Source: Candidatus Bathyarchaeota archaeon (GTDB lineage Archaea > Thermoproteota > Bathyarchaeia > 40CM-2-53-6). Taken from it: DNA of 64,000 nt. Below, piece after piece: positions 49,466 through 57,697 of the stretch (position 1 is the first letter of the stretch; every line of letters begins with the position of its first letter). The notes beneath the pieces are model-generated. The model did no database searches. It was not told the DNA's origin and worked only from the letters and a program-made list of their open reading frames with translations. The position numbers and the translations under genes were made by a program. Location of the stretch: NCBI GenBank assembly GCA_005888735.1, contig VBBN01000027.1:10969-74968 (forward strand), in the 5' to 3' direction.

Positions 49466-49636
49466 CTCGCTTTCGACTGGTTGAGTAACGCGTGGCCTGT
49501 CCTCATTCTAATTCGCCTACGAATTGGAGTGCGCGCTTTTCAGATAAGCGGTTCGCTGTCAAACACCGGCACTTTCGGGACAGAGAATTGTAATCGTCTG
49601 ACCTTTCTGCCCTACCGGTCTGAAGCCAGTTGGTTT

Positions 49637-49670
49637 TTGACGGCACGCTGATAATACCGTCAATTGACGG
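49637..49670. promoter_or_regulatory. Palindromic operator CCGTCAATTGACGG plus extra half-site
   Basis: Perfect 14-bp palindrome 49657-49670 and a TTGACGG half-site at 49637, just upstream of GATATATC at 49678. Confidence 0.65.
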
Positions 49671-49708
49671 GTATCGAGATATATCCTCCCGGCTCCGTGT
49701 TCTGGACA

Positions 49709-50407
49709 ATGACCCACTACGAGGTAGCCTTCAAGCTCCAGCACGAATGTCCCTACAACGCCTTCTCTACAAAATATCCCAGCGTCATAATCTCCCACTG
49801 GTGTAACTGGAGCAGAGACGTGCTTGAGATTGCCCACAAGGACTTGGAAAATCAGACAGTAATCAAGAGTATCCGGGATTTGGTCAGTCAGCTCGGGACT
49901 AAGGTCATCCGAAAATCTCAGGCGATGTCAAACTTGCAAGTAGTGTTGCAGCACTGCGCTTGTGACAAGCTGCCGCCACCTACCCTTCCAGTGATTGAGC
50001 GGCGCAACTGTCTCGAAATCCAGCCCGCAGTCTACACGGGAGGTTGGGAATGGTACCGCGTCGTGGCCTTTTCCGAAAGGGACCTAAGGAGCCTCTTCAA
50101 AGATCTGGACAAAGATTGCATTGTAGAAATCATGTCTAAGAGAGCAGTCTCCGATGAATCAGTTCGTGAAACCTTTCCTGTTTCGACAGCCACGTTGCTG
50201 GGCAAACTGACCGGGAGGCAGCTACAAGCATTGGTGGTGGCACTTGACAACGGCTATTATAACATCCCGAGGACCGCTACCGCTGGAGAGATTGCTCAAA
50301 GGCTTCGCGTTCCGCGCACAAGCTTTGTCGATCATCTTCGGAAGGGAGAGAACAAAGTGCTCCAAGGCATCGGGCCATACCTCCGCCTCAAACCAGCGGA
50401 GATTTGA
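49709..50407 (+). CDS. Bacterio-opsin-activator-type (HTH_10) transcriptional regulator
   Basis: LTGRQLQAL..ALDNGYYNIPR..EIAQRL..HLRKGENK. N-terminal HECP/HWC/HCAC. ATG 49709 preferred over TTG 49664. Confidence 0.9.
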   Translation: MTHYEVAFKLQHECPYNAFSTKYPSVIISHWCNWSRDVLEIAHKDLENQTVIKSIRDLVSQLGTKVIRKSQAMSNLQVVLQHCACDKLPPPTLPVIERRNCLEIQPAVYTGGWEWYRVVAFSERDLRSLFKDLDKDCIVEIMSKRAVSDESVRETFPVSTATLLGKLTGRQLQALVVALDNGYYNIPRTATAGEIAQRLRVPRTSFVDHLRKGENKVLQGIGPYLRLKPAEI

Positions 50408-50438
50408 CCTGTCTCGAAGGCTGGATGTTGGACAGAAA

Positions 50439-50452
50439 CCGTCACTTGACAG
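50439..50452. promoter_or_regulatory. Second copy of the operator (CCGTCACTTGACAG)
   Basis: 12/14 match to 49657-49670; precedes GATTATGT and the mini-gene at 50518. Confidence 0.55.
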
Positions 50453-50517
50453 CTAACAGATTATGTCGCAGGATCGCATGTAAGAGATGAGTGAGGACTG
50501 CAAGGGAGGTGGAGTGT

Positions 50518-50604
50518 ATGGGGCAGTACAAATGCGAGGTTTGTGGTGACTTTTCCAGTCAGCCAGGACAGTGTTGCGGACAGGAAATGAAGAAGGTAGC
50601 CTAG
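50518..50604 (+). CDS. 28-aa desulforedoxin-like metal-binding mini-protein
   Basis: MGQYKCEVCGDFSSQPGQCCGQEMKKVA*; GGAGGTG RBS; below the ORF-track size cut-off. Confidence 0.85.
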   Translation: MGQYKCEVCGDFSSQPGQCCGQEMKKVA

Positions 50605-50769
50605 AATCACAGCTCTTGGGTTAAGAGGATTGACCGGCCACTTTTCTCACCTCTTGGCCCCAAGGCTGGATTTCAAGCCCCTCTTTTTCAGACGATGAAC
50701 ATACCGGTTGCAATTCGGCTAGTTCAAGTCCACGCAAGATTATACGAAACATGAGACGTGTGATTTTTC

Positions 50770-51513
50770 ATGTTCACAGTTGAGGAGCGCGATCGGGTCC
50801 GCAACCGCCTCGTGGAAATGAGCCGTAAGGACCCTCGACTAGTCGCAGGCGCACTAATCGGGTCTACTGCGGCAGGTGGTGGAGACCGGTGGTCGGACTT
50901 GGACCTCACTTTTGGGCTGGTCGACGGTGCGACTGTGGAGAATGTGCTTGCCGATTGGACGACTCATCTTGTGAGCGAGTTCGGGGCTGTTCACCTGTTC
51001 GATCTTCCGTATCTGTCAACAGTGTACAGGGTCTTCCTCTTGCCGGGCAATATGCAGGTGGATTTGTCGTTCACTCCGGGGAACAAGTTTCTCGCTCGGG
51101 GTCTCAAGTACGACTTGCTCTTCGGGAACGCTCTTGAAAGGGACCAGGCCAAACCCCTCTCCCCTGGACATGCCTTCGGGCTTGCTGTGGTCTATTTGCT
51201 CCACGCGTGCGCCTGCGTTGCCCGGGGGAGGATGTGGGAGGCTGAGTACTCTATCAGTGCAGCCCGTGACCAGGCGCTCTTGCTCGCGTGCCATCATCGG
51301 GGTCTAAAGACAACCTACGGTAGGGGTTTCGATGATTTGCCCCCAGAAGTCCTAGAGCCCTTCAATAGAGCTCTTGTAGGTTCACTCGAAAAAGCTCAGT
51401 TATTACGTGTACTTGGCAGAAGCGTTGACGTGCTTCTGTGCAATTCACAAGATGTTTCGGTGCTTGCTTCGAATCTCGAACCGCAGCTTCGCGAGCTCGA
51501 GTCGTCCCAATAA
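50770..51513 (+). CDS. Pol-beta-superfamily nucleotidyltransferase
   Basis: GS..GGGDRWSDLDL, QVDLSF, helical C-terminal domain. Confidence 0.82.
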   Translation: MFTVEERDRVRNRLVEMSRKDPRLVAGALIGSTAAGGGDRWSDLDLTFGLVDGATVENVLADWTTHLVSEFGAVHLFDLPYLSTVYRVFLLPGNMQVDLSFTPGNKFLARGLKYDLLFGNALERDQAKPLSPGHAFGLAVVYLLHACACVARGRMWEAEYSISAARDQALLLACHHRGLKTTYGRGFDDLPPEVLEPFNRALVGSLEKAQLLRVLGRSVDVLLCNSQDVSVLASNLEPQLRELESSQ

Positions 51514-51555
51514 GGCTCGCGAGAAGAACGGACTGCTAATAACCTTGGCGTCCGC

Positions 51556-51693
51556 AGACTCGCGACGGCACGCACAAGGGCTGGTTGCAAGGTGAGCCTT
51601 GGATCGGACCCTTACTAAACCGAGGGATGTGTTCAGAAACATGCGAGTCGATATTGGGTCTAGTCCAACGAGTTCAACCTGGAACCTATCTGA
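51556..51693 (+). repeat. Degenerate direct repeat of the PHP gene 3' end (46811-46945)
   Basis: Shared blocks AGACTCGCGAC, TGCAAGGTGAG, CCGAGGGA, GTGTTCAGAAACATGCGAGTCG and AACGAGTTCAA. Confidence 0.9.
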
Positions 51694-51774
51694 ACAATCG
51701 CATTCGGAGTTCGAAGAGGTTTGGTCGCTTGAAGGGTTGGTCGGCTCAGAGCCCATAATTAGTTCATCCCCTCG

Positions 51775-52826
51775 TTGAGGTTGAGTTTCGTCCTAAGAAT
51801 GGGTATTCCCGAGAAATCTACGCTAATAGAAAGATTCGTACAGCTGATACCGCTAAGGTATCCGCTAGCTGCCCTTGCCTGGGCGATCATTCTGGGAACA
51901 CCCGGCTACCGTCTCTTTGAATACATTGACCATAGCTCAACCGGGTTCTCGCTTGAGCCTGCACGTCTTTTCAACGACTTCCTCTACTGCCTCGTCCCGT
52001 TCTAGGCGCTTTACGTTGTGCGATATCTCCGGCTCAGAATTGTAAAAGTGGAACCGCAAATCACTCCTATCATGCTGGGCGGGGAAACCGCGTATCATTC
52101 AGCGTTCGGACGCGTCAGCAATACTCTTGCCACCTGTCACTCTTGTCGTAATCCTTTCAGCAGTAGCCCTTCTGCAGCAATTCCCGACATACACCTTTCA
52201 ATCCTTGTGGTCGAAAATTTCATCGCCTTGTTCATCAATACCTTGGCCATAGCCACACTTCTCTGGGCATACACGGTTTCTAGCTGGGGTCTCCACAGAC
52301 TTGGAGAATCTCAGATCAAGCTGAAATTCTTCCTTGAAGATCGCATGATGGGAGCAAAACCGATCGGGAATTGTTGCGCCATCATTGACCGTCGCATATC
52401 TTGGAGGAGTACTGCTCGTCTTCTTGCTCTTTCCATCGTTCTTCCTCACCAACCCTTCCTTCCAAGGCCTGATGGCTTTCTTCCTGGTTATCGGGATTAT
52501 CATGTTCTTCCTTCCACTGAACAGCTTACACAAGAAGATGCAGGCAGAAAAATCCGACAATCAAAGAGCACTTGGCCACCAATTCTTAAGGATGAAACAG
52601 GCGAGCCAAGCTCATTCCGGTGATGGTCCCGTGTCTGTTGACAAGGTTGAGAATCCGATTGTGGAACTGTTACGACTGAAAGACTTTGAAATCACAGACA
52701 GGAAGCTTGCCAGTATCACCTACATGGCCCTTTGACGTTCAGCTCCTGGCCAAACTGATAACAATCGTCCTACCTATCACGGCAGTCCTTCCCTCCAGAA
52801 TCATCGTCAACTTTCTCGAGATCTAA
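51775..52826 (+). pseudogene. Disrupted multi-TM membrane protein
   Basis: In-frame TAG at 52003 and several frameshifts; pieces FFLPLNSLHKKM and WPFD..LLAKLITIVLP..NFLEI*. Confidence 0.7.
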
Positions 52827-53042
52827 CAGGTCCGTCCACCGCCCTTCCCCACGTCGCCTTTCAACGCATCTAAGTTGTAATTGGAATCCCCGAATCCGAG
52901 GAAAGGACGCTTCCGCGCGCGGGCACCCGCTGGGAGGCAGCATCTGAGAATTTCTAGGCACTATGCCTTCCCTGCCATTTAGATGCTCGTGTCAAGAAAG
53001 GGCTTAAGACCCTCGTAAAGTGAAGCGTATTTGTAGTACACG

Positions 53043-54545
53043 ATGAGCGGCCGCCCCGAAGGCCAAGACGACGAAGTGGCCCGCGGCCTAGAGTTCCGTG
53101 GAGACTCTCCTTCCTTGAGAGAGCATTGTGGAGTTATCGGAATCTACTCGATGAGAGGGGAGCCTGTGGCTGAGCGGATCGTCAAAGGGCTCTCTGCGCT
53201 CCAACACCGGGGCCAGGAATCCTGGGGCATAGCTGTCCAAGGTGAGCCGATTCTCAAAGGAATGGGCCTCATGGGCCAAGGCGTTGATGTCAACGCGAAG
53301 AAGATTCTCAACTATCAGAGCAGCCAGGGAATAGGCCACGTCCGGTACTCGACCAAGGGGCGGACGAACATGGAGAACGCCCACCCATTGGACATTAAGG
53401 GAGAGTTCAGCATTGCACAGAACGGGACAATTGCGAATACGGAAGACCTTGAGCCGTTGGTCAGACAGGACTTTCAACTTCTCGAATCGAACACTGACAC
53501 GAAGCTGGCAGGGCTGCGGCTCCTCCAACATTACCGCGGGGAAAAGGATTGGACCCGCGCCTTCACCAGGCTCAGCCGGGAACTCAGCGGGTCTTACTCC
53601 TTCGTCATCCTCACAAAGGACGGGACGGTTCTCGCGGCCCGGGACGAAGCTGGGTATCGCCCCCTCTGCCTCGGCTTCGACCAAGAGGAACAGACGCATG
53701 TCGTGGCTAGCGAGAGTTGCGCTCTGTCAGCTCTGCATACTGAGTTTGTTCGGGATGTGGAGCCGGGGGAACTTGTCAGGCTTGACAAACACGGGGTAAC
53801 AATCACGCGATTCGCGGACTCGCCTCGTCACTACCACTGCCCGTTCGAGTACACCTACTTCGCACATCCTAGCAGCACTATCGACGGGCACAATGTGTAC
53901 GAAGCACGCCGCAAACTAGGCCATGTTCTGGCTCAGAAGTACCCGTTCAAAGCAGACGTGGTCATACCAGTCCCGGACTCTGCTCGGCCCGCAGCTCTCG
54001 GCTACAGCGAGGAAAGCCACATTCCCATGGAGGAGGGTTTGATGAAGGATCGGTACCGGCGTAAGGGAAGTCTCCGCAGCTTCATAGAACCTACCGACAA
54101 GAGCCGGGAGGAGATTGTCAAGGAAATCATCACTATCAAACCAGTCATCCAAGGTAAACGGGTCATCGTGGTCGACGACAGCATTGTCCGTGGGACGAGC
54201 AGCAAGAACATCGTCAGCGCCCTTCGCGAAGCAGGCGCGACCAAGGTCTACATGGTCGTAACCTTTCCACCGATACGCCACCCGTGCTACATGGGAATCG
54301 ACTTCCCCACGCAGGGGGAGCTGCTGGCGAGCAAAGTGGACGGGCAGGATACACCGATCAGCGAGATCAACAAGCGCGTGGCCGAGGAGATTGGCCTAGA
54401 CGGGCTTGGGTATAATGACATTGTCGGGCTCAGCCAGGGAACAGGCCTACAGGAGAGCGAGATGTGCTACGCCTGTGTCAGTGGGGTCTATCTAGGGCTG
54501 AAGAAGGACCCGGTTATTCGAACACGTGAAGAGATGAAAGCGTAA
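53043..54545 (+). CDS. purF: Amidophosphoribosyltransferase
   Basis: Propeptide then CGVIG, LQHRGQE, GHVRYST, PVPDS, VVDDSIVRG, PCYMGID. Confidence 0.97.
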   Translation: MSGRPEGQDDEVARGLEFRGDSPSLREHCGVIGIYSMRGEPVAERIVKGLSALQHRGQESWGIAVQGEPILKGMGLMGQGVDVNAKKILNYQSSQGIGHVRYSTKGRTNMENAHPLDIKGEFSIAQNGTIANTEDLEPLVRQDFQLLESNTDTKLAGLRLLQHYRGEKDWTRAFTRLSRELSGSYSFVILTKDGTVLAARDEAGYRPLCLGFDQEEQTHVVASESCALSALHTEFVRDVEPGELVRLDKHGVTITRFADSPRHYHCPFEYTYFAHPSSTIDGHNVYEARRKLGHVLAQKYPFKADVVIPVPDSARPAALGYSEESHIPMEEGLMKDRYRRKGSLRSFIEPTDKSREEIVKEIITIKPVIQGKRVIVVDDSIVRGTSSKNIVSALREAGATKVYMVVTFPPIRHPCYMGIDFPTQGELLASKVDGQDTPISEINKRVAEEIGLDGLGYNDIVGLSQGTGLQESEMCYACVSGVYLGLKKDPVIRTREEMKA

Positions 54546-54631
54546 CTCCTCACAAGCAGCGATGGGCTCATTGTTGGATAGAAGATGAGGGTGGAAAAAT
54601 GAACCGAGAACAGTTCGGCGATGCCTAAGCA

Positions 54632-55024
54632 ATGAACACCGAGCAGAAGAAGGAATATGACCGGCTGAGATATCTAAGGCTAAAGCCGAGAATAAACGCA
54701 CAAGTGAAGAAATATAATCGTGATAATAAGAAGGAGAAGTTGAAAGCAAGTGCTCGTAGGTGGTATAACGCCCACCGGAACCAACTGAAGAATTCCGAGT
54801 TGATGCGACGGTATGGTATTGCTCTTGTAGAGTATCAAAGGATGGCTCTTGAGCAACGCGGGCTTTGCAAGATTTGTCATAAACAAAGGAAATTACACGT
54901 TGAGCATAATCACAAGACCGGAGTGGTAAGAGGACTCACTTGTAACGGATGCAATTCAAAGACGGCTTGGTTGGAGAATTATCGGACGCACATATTCCAG
55001 TATTTGGGATGGAGTTTGTCCTGA
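54632..55024 (+). CDS. Endonuclease VII-like (His-Me finger) protein
   Basis: RYGI..EY..M..EQRGLCKIC, LHVEHNHKTGVVRGLTCNGCN; basic N-terminal helix; low GC. Confidence 0.88.
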   Translation: MNTEQKKEYDRLRYLRLKPRINAQVKKYNRDNKKEKLKASARRWYNAHRNQLKNSELMRRYGIALVEYQRMALEQRGLCKICHKQRKLHVEHNHKTGVVRGLTCNGCNSKTAWLENYRTHIFQYLGWSLS

Positions 55025-55389
55025 ATAAGGAACAGAGCATGGTTCTCGATTTCCACAAGCGTTTCTCGGTGAAAATTCAGACTTCACCCAGATTGCTCGA
55101 TGAGAAAACTACCAAACTCCGGCATGACCTAATCGCAGAAGAACTCGATGAGTTCAGAATGGCGGCTCACGAAAGAAATCTTGTCAAGGTGGCTGACGCA
55201 ATAGCGGATATGCTCTATGTCGTTTATGGAACGGCAGTTTCCTATGGAATCGATATCGAGCCAGTCTTCGCAGAGGTTCATCACTCTAATATGAGCAAAA
55301 GTGACCCAGAGGTCATTCGAGCCCCTAATGGAAAGGTCCTGAAAGGGGCGAATTGGAGTCCTCCAAATATTGAGGAGAAGTTGCGGTGA
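55021..55389 (+). CDS. MazG-like all-alpha NTP pyrophosphohydrolase (DR2231-like)
   Basis: LIAEELDEF, ADAIADMLYVVYG, EVHHSNMSK, GKVLKG..W.PP. Start is ATG 55009, CTG 55021 or ATG 55039. Confidence 0.88.
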   Translation: MNKEQSMVLDFHKRFSVKIQTSPRLLDEKTTKLRHDLIAEELDEFRMAAHERNLVKVADAIADMLYVVYGTAVSYGIDIEPVFAEVHHSNMSKSDPEVIRAPNGKVLKGANWSPPNIEEKLR

Positions 55390-55411
55390 ACCGCAGCCTT
55401 AGGAGGCTCCA

Positions 55412-56707
55412 CTGGTTCCAGCGCCTCTGAAGGTCCTCATTATCGGAAGCGGAGGAAGAGAACACGGACTCGTCCTAGCACTGTCCCGAGACCCAGAGGT
55501 AGACAAAATCTACGCAGCGCCGGGAAACCCGGGTATCTCAGAACAAGCAACCTGCGCTCCAATTGAACCGACAAGCATCCAACACCTTAGAACATTCGCA
55601 ATCGAACAGCACATCGACTTGACGGTGGTCGGTCCCGAAGCCCCGCTGGGACTGGGAATCGTGGACTCGTTCCGAGCGCACAATCTCAAGATTTTTGGGC
55701 CCTCACAGAACGCGGCGCGGATCGAGACATCGAAGAGCTTCGCCAAGGACCTCTGCACACAGTTCCATATTCCCACTCCGAGGTGGAAGATGTTCACCAG
55801 CGAGAGTGAGGCGATTGGTGCGCTTGACGGGTTCGGCCCTCCATGGGTGGTCAAGGCCGACGGACTCGCGGCGGGTAAAGGTACGACCGTCACACGGAAC
55901 AAGCGGGAGGCGGAAGCGGCTATTCACCGGGAGCTTCAGCGCGAGCCGGGACGAATTGTTCTAGAGGAGTTTATCGATGGTTGGGAGGCGACATTCATGG
56001 CCACCGTGTCTAAGGGCCAGGTCCAGTGGTTGACCCCGGTTTTCCAGGACTACAAGCCCTTGTCTGACGGTGATGCGGGTCCGAACACCGGGGGAATGGG
56101 CTGTTTCACACCTATTCCGACTGTTACCCCTAGCCTGGTTGAGAAGGTCCGGGGGTCCATCTTGTCGCCTGTTGTTGCGGCGATGGAGAAGGTTGGTGTT
56201 CACTATCAGGGGGTTTTGAACTTGAACGCTATTGTTCGTCGTGGATCCGAGGAGCCGTTCATGCTCGAGTTCAACGCGCGTTTCGGCGATCCTGAGGGCC
56301 AGGGCGCGGTCATGCTTGTCGAAAAGGGATTAGCGTCACATCTCTCTTCGGTTGCGGAGGACTTGGACGTGGCGGAGCCACCTCAGTGCCGGCAAGGTGT
56401 GTGTGTCGTTGTTGTTTTGGCGTCGAAAGGCTATCCTGCCTCCCCGACGACTGGGGACAAGATTATGATTCGCCCAGTTCCAGACGAGAACGTGACATTC
56501 CTCCATGCTGGGACCTCCAAGAACTCTTCTGGAGAACTGGTGACTGCGGGGGGGCGGGTGCTCAACGTGGTCGCGACGGGAGATAGTGTTGAGAGGGCTC
56601 GCAAAGCGGCTTACTCGACGATCAAAAGCTCGGTCCAGTTCAAGGGAATGCAGTATCGAACGGACATCGGGGCGCACAGGGCCCGGCGGAGGGAGCTAGC
56701 ATCTTGA
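55412..56707 (+). CDS. purD: Phosphoribosylamine-glycine ligase
   Basis: Frame extends 5' of the track start to LKVLIIGSGGREH; VVGPEAPL, KADGLAAGKG, GPNTGGMG, EFNARFGDPE, YRTDIG. CTG 55412 follows AGGAGG. Confidence 0.96.
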   Translation: MVPAPLKVLIIGSGGREHGLVLALSRDPEVDKIYAAPGNPGISEQATCAPIEPTSIQHLRTFAIEQHIDLTVVGPEAPLGLGIVDSFRAHNLKIFGPSQNAARIETSKSFAKDLCTQFHIPTPRWKMFTSESEAIGALDGFGPPWVVKADGLAAGKGTTVTRNKREAEAAIHRELQREPGRIVLEEFIDGWEATFMATVSKGQVQWLTPVFQDYKPLSDGDAGPNTGGMGCFTPIPTVTPSLVEKVRGSILSPVVAAMEKVGVHYQGVLNLNAIVRRGSEEPFMLEFNARFGDPEGQGAVMLVEKGLASHLSSVAEDLDVAEPPQCRQGVCVVVVLASKGYPASPTTGDKIMIRPVPDENVTFLHAGTSKNSSGELVTAGGRVLNVVATGDSVERARKAAYSTIKSSVQFKGMQYRTDIGAHRARRRELAS

Positions 56708-57060
56708 GAAGACTGGTTGAGGTGACACTGTTCACCTCGGATGTGAAAGGCACGGTGGCATTCTACAGAGATTTTCTCGGTGTCAGCCCAGCTTGGGAAT
56801 CCGAAGAGTTCGTTCAGTTTGAGCTAGATGGTGTGAAGCTCTTGATACATGTCAAAGGAGACTCAGGTCCTTCCCTGGGTTATCCTCCGGACGTGGACCA
56901 CATTGCGTTCGGGGTCAAGGATGTTGACGACGCCTGCAGAGAGCTTCGACAGAAAGGTCTGAAGATGGAATACGGACCCAAGGACTTCGAGTGGGGACGC
57001 TCGGCGTACTTCAAAGACCCTGCTGGAAGGATGGTAGAGCTACACCAAATCACGGGATGA
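56704..57060 (+). CDS. VOC/glyoxalase-family protein
   Basis: FYRDFLG, HIAFGVKDVD, WGRSAYFKDPAG. Confidence 0.9.
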   Translation: MRRLVEVTLFTSDVKGTVAFYRDFLGVSPAWESEEFVQFELDGVKLLIHVKGDSGPSLGYPPDVDHIAFGVKDVDDACRELRQKGLKMEYGPKDFEWGRSAYFKDPAGRMVELHQITG

Positions 57061-57073
57061 GTGAGTTAAGAGA

Positions 57074-57697
57074 TTGGTTCCAATCAGCGTCCTCGTCTCG
57101 GGTCGAGGCTCAAATCTGGAAGCCATCCTGGACGCCGTTGACAAGAAGTGCATCACTAAAGGACAGGTCAAGGTCGTCATCAGCAACAAGCCCGGTTCCT
57201 CCGGTCTCGACATCGCGAAGAAACATAAGGTTCCAGGAATCACAATCGACGACAAGGGTTTTCCGAAGAAGAGCTGGGAGTACGACCAGAAGACGGTCAC
57301 CGCTCTCAAGTCCTATGGGATCACGGCCGGCGATGGTCTGGTCTTAATGGCGGGATATTTTCGGATTCTTAGCGATGAGTTCATCGAGGCGTTTCGTCAC
57401 AGAATCATGAATGTCCATCCGGCGCTCTTGCCGGCTTTTCCCGGGCTGGAGGCGCAGAAACAGGCCTTGGACCATGGGACGAAGGTTGCGGGTTGCACGG
57501 TTCATTTTGCCGAGAAGACGGTCGACGCGGGTCCGATTATTCTCCAGGCGTCTGTGCCGGTCGGGGAAGAGGACACTGTTGAATCTCTCTCGGCCCGGAT
57601 TCTGCGAGAGGAGCATCGAATCTATCCTGAAGCAGTCCGACTGTTTACCGAGGGAAAGTTGAAGGTGGAAGGCAGGAGGGTCCACGTGCTACCATGA
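57074..57697 (+). CDS. purN: GAR formyltransferase (folate-dependent)
   Basis: SGRGSNL, NVHPALLPAFPG, GCTVHF, DAGPII, EH..YP. Confidence 0.96.
   Translation: MVPISVLVSGRGSNLEAILDAVDKKCITKGQVKVVISNKPGSSGLDIAKKHKVPGITIDDKGFPKKSWEYDQKTVTALKSYGITAGDGLVLMAGYFRILSDEFIEAFRHRIMNVHPALLPAFPGLEAQKQALDHGTKVAGCTVHFAEKTVDAGPIILQASVPVGEEDTVESLSARILREEHRIYPEAVRLFTEGKLKVEGRRVHVLP

Noticed and set aside
52895-53010. RNase P RNA (GAGGAAAG...GGCTTA)
   Set aside because: The P4 strands do not pair and the span of about 110 nt is too short.
54546-55411. Intron or intein carrying the endonuclease
   Set aside because: purF ends and purD begins intact on either side, so the insert is intergenic.
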